Positions 16,607-25,175 of a DNA stretch of 41,672 bases are shown here, in pieces. The notes under the pieces are model-generated. The model did not search any database, was not told where the DNA came from, and saw only the letters and a program-made list of their open reading frames with translations. Every line of letters begins with the position of its first letter. Position 1 is the first letter of the stretch. The DNA lies in assembly GCA_964370405.1 (NCBI GenBank), contig CAYJJB010000005.1:1-41672 (forward strand), read 5' to 3'. The stretch is from an uncultured Eubacteriales bacterium. GTDB taxonomy: Bacteria > Bacillota > Clostridia > Oscillospirales > Acutalibacteraceae. The position numbers were made by a program, and so were the translations under genes.

Positions 16607-18448
16607 ACTTTTATTAAGCTGTTCTCTTAGTTTTTCTTTTACCCAAAATACTCCAATCATTCTGCATATTACACTAATTTCTGCAATTTCATCAGGCATG
16701 AGGTTATAGCTTCGCTCACAGTCGGCAAAACCTATAAAGCCTACAGGTTTATTTTGATCCCACACACCAAAATGCAAAATGTATTTTACATCATGTTTTT
16801 GTGCCAAACTTTGAGAATTACTGTCAAGCTGCTCTAAGTTGGTTACCATGAAAAACTCTTCATCTTTACCTGGCGCTAAAGAACTGTGCGAAGAAGGCGT
16901 TTTTAAGTTTTGCATTTTATCTTTTGTTGGATTTATTCCGCATTTGCACCATTCATAACTGCAACTATGCTCGGATAAATCGTCTGAAAATTCAAAAATA
17001 TAGCCTCTGCTAAAATTAAAATGCTCTGTCAAAAGCTGTAAAACTGAATTCAGGCAGTCCTCTAAATCGTCGCAAGTGTACAAGAGTCTGAAAATGTATT
17101 CAAATTTATTATCCCTAAATTTTTTTTGATTTTTTTGAGGTATAAATGACACTGCATTTTCAGGCTTTTTACTAAGTGTAGCAGAATTATGATATTTAAC
17201 ATACTCTCTACTGCAGTCACATTTAGCTTCAAACAGCGCAATATCTGCTTTGTGGTAAAGCTGCTCAAGTGTTGTGCCGTGTTCGGGCGATACAGAAAGC
17301 CCTATGCTAAGTGTGATTTCTGTTTTAATAGAATCTTTAATATATTCTCTTTTCAAATTTGCACAAAGTAATTTAGCTCTATCAAGTGCTATGTCGGCGC
17401 TTGATAAATTTCTCATAAATATGAAAAATTCATCTCCTCCAGCTCTTGCAATAATATCGTCATCTCTAAAATTTTTCTTTAAATCCATAGCAAATTCGCT
17501 TAAAATAGCATCGCCATATAAATTTCCAAACTGCTCATTTATTTGTGAAAAATTATCAATATCAACAATGAGCAATGCGCAAATTTGACCTGGAAATAAA
17601 TTGTTAAGACAGCTTGAAATTTTTTTCTCTGCTGCTTCTTTTGTTAATAAACCTGTAAGTTTGTCAGTGCCAATTTGGCTTGTGAAATTGTACATTTCTT
17701 GTGCGCTGCTACCACTTTGATAAATTTCTCCACTCATAATTTTTGAATTTGTTTTTTCATTTATCTCTACTTTAAAGTTGATGTTAAAAAAATAGACTTT
17801 GTTTTTTGAAAAGAAAGTGAGTTTTTTCTCATTACTGCTTTTCCTTCTTTGAAAATCCATGTTAAAAAACCGTACAAGAGTTTCGTCACGCAAAATTCCT
17901 TTTTCAATTAGAGAATTCGGAAAATTTTCTACAGTTGATGATATGCCTACTTTGTCAGCAAAATTTTGACTGCAGTTAAATACTTTGCTATCTAAATCAA
18001 AAGTGAAAGTTGCGGTTACTTCAAAGCTTTCATGAATATCTAAATTGCTACTTTGTAAAACAGCAAATTCATCAATTTGGCTGTCGGAGTCATCTATAAT
18101 TTGAACAATAATTTTGTCATCGCCTCTTTGTGAGGTGATTTTTTTTGAAGAAATTTTAATTTTGCATTGCTCACCATTTTTTTTGATGATTTTTGCGGAT
18201 ATTAAGCTTGTATTATGAGATAAAAGGGATGAAAGCTCTACTTCTCCACTTGAAGCACGCATAATCCCACAACAGCAATTTCTATACTTTTGTAGAAATT
18301 CCTCTCTATTATATCCAATTAAATCAAAAAATCCGTCGTTTGCTTCTAATACAGCGAGTTCTTTTGAACACTCAAGTATTGCCACTGCACTTGGAAGGTG
18401 TTGGTTTAAAATATCTAAATTGCTAAGTGGTGTTATAATATTACTCAT
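16604..18448 (-). CDS. Diguanylate cyclase: PAS-like N-terminus, GGDEF domain with RxxD I-site, GAF-like C-terminus
   Basis: 614 aa. The string ...LTGLLTKEAAEKKI...ALLIVDIDNFSQINEQFGNLYGD...FRDDDIIARAGGDEFFIF shows an intact GGDEF motif with RDDD five residues upstream. No transmembrane segment is evident. AGGAGGG RBS upstream. Confidence 0.85.
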   Translation of the reverse strand: MSNIITPLSNLDILNQHLPSAVAILECSKELAVLEANDGFFDLIGYNREEFLQKYRNCCCGIMRASSGEVELSSLLSHNTSLISAKIIKKNGEQCKIKISSKKITSQRGDDKIIVQIIDDSDSQIDEFAVLQSSNLDIHESFEVTATFTFDLDSKVFNCSQNFADKVGISSTVENFPNSLIEKGILRDETLVRFFNMDFQRRKSSNEKKLTFFSKNKVYFFNINFKVEINEKTNSKIMSGEIYQSGSSAQEMYNFTSQIGTDKLTGLLTKEAAEKKISSCLNNLFPGQICALLIVDIDNFSQINEQFGNLYGDAILSEFAMDLKKNFRDDDIIARAGGDEFFIFMRNLSSADIALDRAKLLCANLKREYIKDSIKTEITLSIGLSVSPEHGTTLEQLYHKADIALFEAKCDCSREYVKYHNSATLSKKPENAVSFIPQKNQKKFRDNKFEYIFRLLYTCDDLEDCLNSVLQLLTEHFNFSRGYIFEFSDDLSEHSCSYEWCKCGINPTKDKMQNLKTPSSHSSLAPGKDEEFFMVTNLEQLDSNSQSLAQKHDVKYILHFGVWDQNKPVGFIGFADCERSYNLMPDEIAEISVICRMIGVFWVKEKLREQLNKS

Positions 18449-18490
18449 ATTTCCCTCCTGCTAACTAAAATTAAATCATATTATATGTAC

Positions 18491-18520
18491 ATTTTATCAT
18501 AAACATATATATTGTTTCAA
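18491..18520 (-). promoter_or_regulatory. Candidate promoter for the GGDEF gene
   Basis: Minus strand TTGAAA (18520-18515), an 18-nt spacer, then TGaTAAAAT (TAAAAT at 18496-18491). The context is AT-rich, so chance matches are likely. Confidence 0.4.
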
Positions 18521-18662
18521 GATTTATAATTAAATTCGATGCAAATGTTACATACAATAGAGGTAATGATACATTTATCATAAATTGACATATTAGTTTC
18601 AGTTCAAAACATAGAATTATCGAAAATTAGCTGCTTTTTTCTGAAAAGTGAAATATTTATAT

Positions 18663-18691
18663 TTGAAAATATAGAAAAGTTGTTATATAAT
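18663..18691 (+). promoter_or_regulatory. Candidate sigma-A promoter for the hydrogenase operon
   Basis: TTGAAA (18663-18668), a 17-nt spacer, then the consensus TATAAT (18686-18691). It lies about 88 nt upstream of the ATG at 18779. Confidence 0.5.
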
Positions 18692-18778
18692 TATACCAAT
18701 ATTAATAAAAATTAACATTATTCTTAATGCAATATGTTGTTTTTGTTTGAAAGTAAGATTTAATAAAGGGGGATAATC

Positions 18779-19294
18779 ATGAAAAATGTAAATGTACGCA
18801 CTTTTTGTAATGAGTCACAAGATGTGCACAAACTTGAAGAAATTCAAAATGTGATGGACCTTGTAGGTAAAAACCCTGATAAATTAATTCAGGTGCTTCA
18901 TGCAGCTCAAGAGATTTATGGCTGTTTACCCTTAAATGTGCAATGCTTTATTGCACAGGGCATGAATGTGCCTGTTTCAAAAGTTTCGGGCGTAGTCACG
19001 TTTTATTCCTTCTTCTCAACAAAACCCAGAGGAAAAAATATTATAAGAGTATGCATGGGAACAGCGTGTTATGTAAGAGGCGGCAAAAAGCTTGTTGAGG
19101 CACTGCAAAATAAGCTCGGCATTGGCTTAGGGGAAACTACACAGGACAAACTTTTCTCGCTTGAAATTGCAAGATGTATAGGAGCCTGCGGTTTGGCACC
19201 AGCAATTATGATTAATGATACTATCTATAAACAAGTCAATGAGAACAAGTTAAATGCAATACTAAACGAATATCGTCAGGAGGAAGAAAAATGA
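18779..19294 (+). CDS. NuoE/HydC-like [2Fe-2S] thioredoxin-fold subunit of the NAD(P)-linked [FeFe]-hydrogenase
   Basis: 171 aa. Cluster ligands seen in RVCMGTACYVRGG and IARCIGACGLAPA. AAAGGGGG RBS upstream. Confidence 0.85.
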   Translation: MKNVNVRTFCNESQDVHKLEEIQNVMDLVGKNPDKLIQVLHAAQEIYGCLPLNVQCFIAQGMNVPVSKVSGVVTFYSFFSTKPRGKNIIRVCMGTACYVRGGKKLVEALQNKLGIGLGETTQDKLFSLEIARCIGACGLAPAIMINDTIYKQVNENKLNAILNEYRQEEEK

Positions 19295-22200
19295 AAATTT
19301 GTGATTATAATGCTTTAGAGCAAATAAAAAATAATTATAACGAAAATATTTCTTCTTTTGAAAAAACGGTACTTGTATGTGCGGGCGCTGGTTGCGTTTC
19401 ATCAAACTGTGGTGCTGTAAGTGAAGCATTTAAAGAAGAAGTTTCTCAAAATGGATTTGATGATAAAATTAAGGTTATAGAAACAGGTTGCATGGGGCTT
19501 TGTGCAGTAGGACCTGTAATGCTTGTTTTACCTGAAAGAATTTTTTACACAAATTTAGATGCTGTAAAAGCACGAGAGATTTTCAGTTCTCATATTTTAA
19601 AAGGTGAAATTATTGAGCAGTATACATATTATGACCCAAGTCTTGAAAGTTTTGTGCCAAAAATTGATGACATAGAATTTTATAAAGCTCAAGTGAAAAT
19701 TGTGCTTGATAACTGTGGTCTTATTGACTATTCAGACATAAATGCTTATATAGCAAAAGATGGTTATAAAGCGACGTATAACGCACTATGTAAGAGCACT
19801 CCAGAAGATGTGATAGAAGAAATTAAAATATCAGGTCTTCGTGGAAGAGGTGGTGCTGGGTTTCCAACTCATATTAAATGGAGCGCTTGTAACAAAATGC
19901 AAAGCGATGAGAAATATATAGTCTGTAATGCAGATGAGGGTGACCCTGGTGCATTTATGGACAGAAGTATAATAGAGGGCGACCCTCACAGCGTTTTAGA
20001 AGGCATGATGCTAGGAGCTTATGCAATAGGAGCAAGTACAGGGTATGTCTATATAAGGGCAGAGTATCCAATCGCAATAGAACGTCTAAAAATTGCGATA
20101 GAGCAGGCAAGAGCGGCAGGTCTTTTGGGTGAGAACATATTCAGTTCAGGTTTTAATTTTAATGTAGAAATAAGAATAGGTGCAGGTGCATTTGTTTGTG
20201 GTGAAGAAACTGCACTTATAGCATCAATTGAGGGGCAAAGAGGCGAGCCAAAGCAAAAACCTCCTTTCCCGTTCGAGTCAGGAATAAATGGAAAACCCAC
20301 TATAATAAATAATGTTGAAACCATTGCAAATGTTCCTAAAATTTTATTAAAGGGTGGCGCATGGTATGCAGGTTTTGGTCTTCCAGAGGCACCCGGTACA
20401 AAGGTTTTTGCACTTGCAGGTCAGGTTGTAAATACAGGTATTATTGAAGTGCCAATAGGAATTTCTTTGGGTGACATTATCTACAAAGTAGGTGCTGGCA
20501 TTAGAGATGGCAAAAAATTTAAAGCTGCACAAATGGGAGGACCGTCAGGCGGATGTATTACAAAAGAAAATCTAAACACGCCAATAGACTATGAATCCCT
20601 AAAAAAACTTGGCGCAATAATGGGTTCTGGTGGACTTATAGTCATGAATGAAGACACTTGCATGGTCGACACGGCAAGATTCTTCATGGATTTCATACGT
20701 GAGGAATCCTGTGGAAAATGCGTTGCATGTAGAATTGGCACAAAGCGTATGCTTGAAATACTTGAAAACATAACCGATGGAAAAGGCAAAGAGGGCGACA
20801 TAGAGCTTTTGGAAAGTCTTTCTAAAACCATTCAAGATACAGCTATGTGCGGTCTTGGACAAACAGCACCTAATCCAATACTTTCTACTATAGAAAATTT
20901 TAGAGAAGAATATGAAGAACATATAAATAAAAAACGCTGCAGTGCAGGTGTTTGCGCCTCTATGTTTATTTCTCCATGTGAAAATACATGTCCTGCAAAC
21001 ATAAATATACCTGGATATATTTCGCTTATAGCATCAGGCAGATTTATAGATGCGTATAATTTAATAATGAGAGAAAATCCGTTCCCTGCTGTTTGTGGAA
21101 GAATTTGCACAAGACCATGTGAGCAAAAATGCAGAAGAGCAGGGGTTGACGAATCTGTTGCTATAAGAGATTTAAAACGTTTTGCCGCAGATTATGCATT
21201 TAAAAATGAGCTTCCATATTCCATGCAGCTTTCATATCCTAAAAATGGCAAAAAAGTGGCTGTGGTGGGTGCTGGTGCTTCGGGTCTTACATGTGCATAT
21301 TATCTTGTAAGAATAGGTTATGATGTAGATGTTTTTGAAAGTGAAAGTGTTGCAGGCGGAGTGTTATCGTTTGGAATACCAGAATACAGACTTCCAAAAG
21401 ACATACTTTCTCATGAAATTGACTTAATTAAACAAGCAGGTGTTAATATTCATTTAAATACAGCTGTCGGAAAAGATGTAGAGTTTGCCAAGCTAAGACA
21501 AGAATATGGGGCAATTTATCTTGCAACAGGAACTCAGTTCCCTCAAAAAGTTAATATTGATGGCGAAGATTTAGATGGTGTGCTTCACGGAATAAGTTTC
21601 TTAAAGAGCGTATTTAATGAAAATCCACGTTTTGACGGAAAAACAGTCTGTGTTATAGGTGGTGGAAACACGGCTATAGACTCTGCAAGGACAGCACTTA
21701 GAATAGGTGCTGAAAAAGTAATAATTTTATACAGAAGAACAAGAGATGCAATGCCAGCTTATAAGGAAGAAATAATTGAGGCGGTAGAAGAGGGTGTTGA
21801 AATTTTAGAGCTTGTCAGTCCTGTGAAAATACTAGAGGGAAAAGACGGCAAAGTGTCAGGTGTACAGTGTAAAAAAATGACCTTAGGTGACTTTGACTCT
21901 TCTGGTAGAAGAAAGTCTATAAGTGCAGGGGAAGAAGAGTTTATAATAGACTGCGACATAGTAATTCCAGCTGTCAGCCAATATGCTGATCTACCATTTA
22001 TTAAAAAAGAGGATATAGGAACTACTTCTTGGGGGACATTTATTGTAAATGCGGACACACTTATGACCACAATGGACGGAGTATTTGCAGGCGGTGATGT
22101 TGCAAGAGGGCCTGATGATGTAATACGTGCAATAGCAGACGGCAAACAAGCGGCAGTTGCAATTGATAAATATTTAGGCGGCAAGGGCGAACTAAATAAA

Positions 22201-22383
22201 GGTGCTGAGATTGATATACCACAAATAGTAGATGAAGACGAGGTTGTATATCACGAGCAGTTCCCAAAAGAAATTTTAGATCCTGATAAGAGGAATGATA
22301 ATTTTGAAGAAGTGGTAAAAGGTTTCCACAAAATTAATGCACTGGCAGAGTCTATGCGCTGTCTGCACTGTGACAGGAGGTAA
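19291..22383 (+). CDS. Fusion protein: NuoF/HydB-like flavoprotein plus a GltD/NfnB-like NAD(P)H-binding FAD/Fe-S module
   Basis: 1030 aa.
- N-terminal thioredoxin-like 2Fe-2S region: VCAGAGCVSSNCG...ETGCMGLCAVGP.
- NuoF core: LRGRGGAGFPTHIKW, VCNADEGDPGAFMDR, ESCGKCVACRIG...AMCGLGQTAP.
- GltD-type N-terminal Fe-S region: PCENTCPANINIPGYISLIASGRFIDAYNLIMRENPFPAVCGRICTRPCEQKC.
- Two Rossmann motifs, VAVVGAGASGLTCAYYL and VCVIGGGNTAIDSART, then GVFAGGD. Confidence 0.85.
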   Translation: MKICDYNALEQIKNNYNENISSFEKTVLVCAGAGCVSSNCGAVSEAFKEEVSQNGFDDKIKVIETGCMGLCAVGPVMLVLPERIFYTNLDAVKAREIFSSHILKGEIIEQYTYYDPSLESFVPKIDDIEFYKAQVKIVLDNCGLIDYSDINAYIAKDGYKATYNALCKSTPEDVIEEIKISGLRGRGGAGFPTHIKWSACNKMQSDEKYIVCNADEGDPGAFMDRSIIEGDPHSVLEGMMLGAYAIGASTGYVYIRAEYPIAIERLKIAIEQARAAGLLGENIFSSGFNFNVEIRIGAGAFVCGEETALIASIEGQRGEPKQKPPFPFESGINGKPTIINNVETIANVPKILLKGGAWYAGFGLPEAPGTKVFALAGQVVNTGIIEVPIGISLGDIIYKVGAGIRDGKKFKAAQMGGPSGGCITKENLNTPIDYESLKKLGAIMGSGGLIVMNEDTCMVDTARFFMDFIREESCGKCVACRIGTKRMLEILENITDGKGKEGDIELLESLSKTIQDTAMCGLGQTAPNPILSTIENFREEYEEHINKKRCSAGVCASMFISPCENTCPANINIPGYISLIASGRFIDAYNLIMRENPFPAVCGRICTRPCEQKCRRAGVDESVAIRDLKRFAADYAFKNELPYSMQLSYPKNGKKVAVVGAGASGLTCAYYLVRIGYDVDVFESESVAGGVLSFGIPEYRLPKDILSHEIDLIKQAGVNIHLNTAVGKDVEFAKLRQEYGAIYLATGTQFPQKVNIDGEDLDGVLHGISFLKSVFNENPRFDGKTVCVIGGGNTAIDSARTALRIGAEKVIILYRRTRDAMPAYKEEIIEAVEEGVEILELVSPVKILEGKDGKVSGVQCKKMTLGDFDSSGRRKSISAGEEEFIIDCDIVIPAVSQYADLPFIKKEDIGTTSWGTFIVNADTLMTTMDGVFAGGDVARGPDDVIRAIADGKQAAVAIDKYLGGKGELNKGAEIDIPQIVDEDEVVYHEQFPKEILDPDKRNDNFEEVVKGFHKINALAESMRCLHCDRR

Positions 22384-22385
22384 AT

Positions 22386-24158
22386 ATGGTAAATTTAGTT
22401 ATTAATAATAAAAATATCAGCGTACCTGATGATTACACAATTTTACAAGCGGCAAAAGAAAACGGAGTATTAATACCATCACTTTGCTATCTTGAGGGAA
22501 TACACAAATGTGGTTCTTGTAGAATTTGCAGTGTAGAGGTTGAGGGTGCAAAAACCTTAGTGGCATCATGCATTGCTAATGTGCGAGAGGGCATGAGAGT
22601 CATTACAAATTCAAAAAGGGTACAAGAGGCAAGGCGAATGCTTTATAACCTTATACTTTCAGATCACTCTAAAAATTGTTTGAGCTGTGTAAGAAATCAA
22701 ACTTGCGAGCTTCAAAAGCTTGGCGAGCAGCTAGGTGTTACAAAAACAGTTTTTGAAAGTGACAGCACTAGGCAAAAAACAGATATTTCCGTATCGCTTA
22801 CAAGAGATTTGTCAAAATGCATACTTTGTAGGCGCTGTGTTACTGCTTGCAATGAAATACAGGGCGTAGGGGTGCTAGGTGCACAAAACCGTGGATTTGA
22901 TACCGTAATAGGCCCGCAAATGGACGGTGAGATATCATCATCAGCCTGTTCCAACTGTGGACAGTGCACTGTTGTATGTCCTGTGGGTGCACTTGAGGGA
23001 ACAAGCTCTATAGAAAAGGTTTGGGATGCAATAAACGACCCAACAATCAGAGTGGTAATGCAAGTTGCACCTGCTGTGAGGGTTGCAGTTGCTGAAATGT
23101 TTGGGGCAAAACCTGGAACAAGCGACACAGGAAAACTTGCAGCCTCTATGAGAGCTTTAGGCGTTGATGATGTATTTGATACAAACTGGTCGGCAGATCT
23201 TACAATAATGGAAGAGGGGACAGAGTTTTTGCAAAGGGTGCAAAACCCAAATGCCACTTTGCCTATGATAACCAGCTGTTCTCCAGGGTGGATAAAATTT
23301 GTCGAAAACCATTATCCCGAAAAACTTTCACATCTGTCTACTTGCAAATCGCCTCATATGATGCTTGGTGCTTTGGCAAAGTCCTATTATGCAAAAAAAA
23401 TAGGGGTAGACCCTAAAAAGATGTTTGTCGTGTCTATAATGCCATGTACGGCAAAAAAGTTTGAGGCGCAAAGAGAGGAAATGATAAATGAGGGCTGCAA
23501 AAATGTAGATGCAGTTCTTACAACAAGAGAATTTGGAAGGATGGTTAAAGAGGCTGGAATAGACTATAACAATCTGCAAGATGAAAAGTTTGATGAACCA
23601 ATGGGATTTTCCACAGGTGCTGCGGATATATTTGGCCTTACAGGTGGTGTAATGGAAGCGGCGCTCAGAACAGTTTATACCATACTTACAGGCAAGGCGT
23701 TGCCGTTTGAGAATTTGCATGTAGCGCCAATTGTTGGACTACAGCAAATCAAGGAGGGCACTATAAAACTTGAGGGGCTTTTGCCTGAGTATAGCCACCT
23801 TGAGGGAGTAGAAGTAAAGGTGGCAGTAACCAGTGGTCTAAAGGGTGCCAATATATTAATGGAGCAAATAGAAAAAGGCGAGTCGCCTTATCATTTCATA
23901 GAGGTAATGGGATGTCCTGGTGGATGTATAACAGGTGGAGGACAACCAAGGTCAGATGACCCAAAAGTACGAGAAAAACGTATGAAAGCCTTGTATGGTG
24001 AAGATGAAGGCAAAAAAATGAGAGAGTCACACAAAAATCCTTCAATAATAAAACTGTATGAAGAATTTTTAGGAACTCCCTGTGGAGATAAATCTCATCA
24101 CCTACTTCATACTCACTATGTAAAAAGAGATATGATGGAGGAGATAATTAATAGTTGA
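22386..24158 (+). CDS. hydA: [FeFe]-hydrogenase catalytic subunit (HydA, M3-type with N-terminal 2Fe-2S and three 4Fe-4S motifs)
   Basis: 590 aa. N-terminal Fe-S motifs: CGSCRICSVEV, SDHSKNCLSCVRNQTCELQ, CILCRRCVTACNE, CSNCGQCTVVCPVGAL. H-cluster motifs: MITSCSPGW (L1 variant), IMPCTAKKFE (L2), EVMGCPGGCITGGGQP (L3). Confidence 0.9.
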   Translation: MVNLVINNKNISVPDDYTILQAAKENGVLIPSLCYLEGIHKCGSCRICSVEVEGAKTLVASCIANVREGMRVITNSKRVQEARRMLYNLILSDHSKNCLSCVRNQTCELQKLGEQLGVTKTVFESDSTRQKTDISVSLTRDLSKCILCRRCVTACNEIQGVGVLGAQNRGFDTVIGPQMDGEISSSACSNCGQCTVVCPVGALEGTSSIEKVWDAINDPTIRVVMQVAPAVRVAVAEMFGAKPGTSDTGKLAASMRALGVDDVFDTNWSADLTIMEEGTEFLQRVQNPNATLPMITSCSPGWIKFVENHYPEKLSHLSTCKSPHMMLGALAKSYYAKKIGVDPKKMFVVSIMPCTAKKFEAQREEMINEGCKNVDAVLTTREFGRMVKEAGIDYNNLQDEKFDEPMGFSTGAADIFGLTGGVMEAALRTVYTILTGKALPFENLHVAPIVGLQQIKEGTIKLEGLLPEYSHLEGVEVKVAVTSGLKGANILMEQIEKGESPYHFIEVMGCPGGCITGGGQPRSDDPKVREKRMKALYGEDEGKKMRESHKNPSIIKLYEEFLGTPCGDKSHHLLHTHYVKRDMMEEIINS

Positions 24159-24206
24159 GAATTGAGAGTTGATAGTGGTTCTTATGCTTTTTCTCAATAT
24201 TCAAGA
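24154..24206 (+). repeat. Degenerate copy (d) of the heptad-arm element
   Basis: GTTGAGA ATTGAGA GTTGATA GTGG overlaps the hydA stop codon. It is followed by a decayed core, TTCTTATGCTTTTT, and a short complementary arm, TCTCAATATTCAA. Confidence 0.35.
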
Positions 24207-24210
24207 ATAA

Positions 24211-24239
24211 AAGTGGCTGTGATATTTTCACAGCCACTT
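24211..24239. terminator. Bidirectional terminator between hydA (+) and secF (-)
   Basis: AAGTGGCTGTG-atatttt-CACAGCCACTT: an 11-bp stem. On the minus strand it is followed by TTTTATTCTT, on the plus strand by TCTTGTTT. Confidence 0.7.
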
Positions 24240-24257
24240 TCTTGTTTAAATATAAAA

Positions 24258-25175
24258 TTACTTGTTCTTTCTGCTTTCCCACATAGTATAAAGTGGAGTT
24301 GCTATGCAAAGGGAGGAGTAACAGCCTGATATTACACCTATCATCATAGGCAGTGCAAAGCTTGATACTGTGTCTATTGCATAAATAACAGATACTACAT
24401 AAATTACCGAAAGTACTATTAAAGTGGTAAGAGATGTTAGTACTGAGCGTGAGAAAATTTGGTTTAAGCTTTTATTAACCACTTGGTTTATAGGCGCATT
24501 TTGCATTAACGCTTTGTTTTCACGCACTCTATCATAAATTACTATGGTATCATTTAGTGAATAACCCACTATGGTTAGAATTACAGCGATGAAGATATCG
24601 TTTATGTTCATTCCAAACATGATAAAGACAAAATAAACAATTAAAACATCATGCACTAAGGCAATTACAGCCGTTACACCTGCGGTCATGCCACCAATTT
24701 TTCTAAATCTAAACATAATAAACAGCAATAAGAAAATTATGGTAATTCCAAAACACACAAGGCATTTTTGGAAAAACTTTGCGCCCATTTCAGGGTCTAC
24801 TGTTGTTGCACTTGCAACTTCAAACGTTCTGCCCTCGTAATTTTCGTTAAGTGCATCTGCAATTTGCTGTTGTGTTTGGACAGACAGGGTTTCATTTCCT
24901 GAAAAATTAACGGTTACTTGGTGCATATCTGTACTCATTACATAGTTTGTGGTAATAGTTACAAATCTACCGCTTGCGTTTTCTATTATATCGGAAACTT
25001 CACTTTGTGACACATCGCCGTCTACTGTGTATTTAATAACAGCTCCGCCTGCAAATTGTATATCCAAATTTGCGCCAAAGATAATGTTTACCAAAAGTCC
25101 TATTACTATTATAGCGCAGGATATAATAAAAAATATTTTTTTGTTTTTGTAAAAATCTATGTTTAAATTTTTCAT
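24258..25175 (-). CDS. secF: Protein translocase subunit SecF
   Basis: 305 aa with MKNLNIDFYKNKKIFFIISCAIIVIGLL...DIQFAGG... and C-terminal RND-like transmembrane helices. Its start overlaps the secD stop by 4 nt. Confidence 0.9.
   Translation of the reverse strand: MKNLNIDFYKNKKIFFIISCAIIVIGLLVNIIFGANLDIQFAGGAVIKYTVDGDVSQSEVSDIIENASGRFVTITTNYVMSTDMHQVTVNFSGNETLSVQTQQQIADALNENYEGRTFEVASATTVDPEMGAKFFQKCLVCFGITIIFLLLFIMFRFRKIGGMTAGVTAVIALVHDVLIVYFVFIMFGMNINDIFIAVILTIVGYSLNDTIVIYDRVRENKALMQNAPINQVVNKSLNQIFSRSVLTSLTTLIVLSVIYVVSVIYAIDTVSSFALPMMIGVISGCYSSLCIATPLYTMWESRKNK

Noticed and set aside
22712-23257. Long antisense ORFs: 181 aa here, 190 aa at 35320-35892, 208 aa at 30855-31481 and 141 aa at 21759-22184
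   Set aside because: Each is antisense to a gene with strong family signatures (hydA, SPFH, flavoprotein/rpiR, hydB). Their composition is Ser/Ile/Phe-rich, as expected from the reverse frame of AT-rich coding DNA. None has an RBS.
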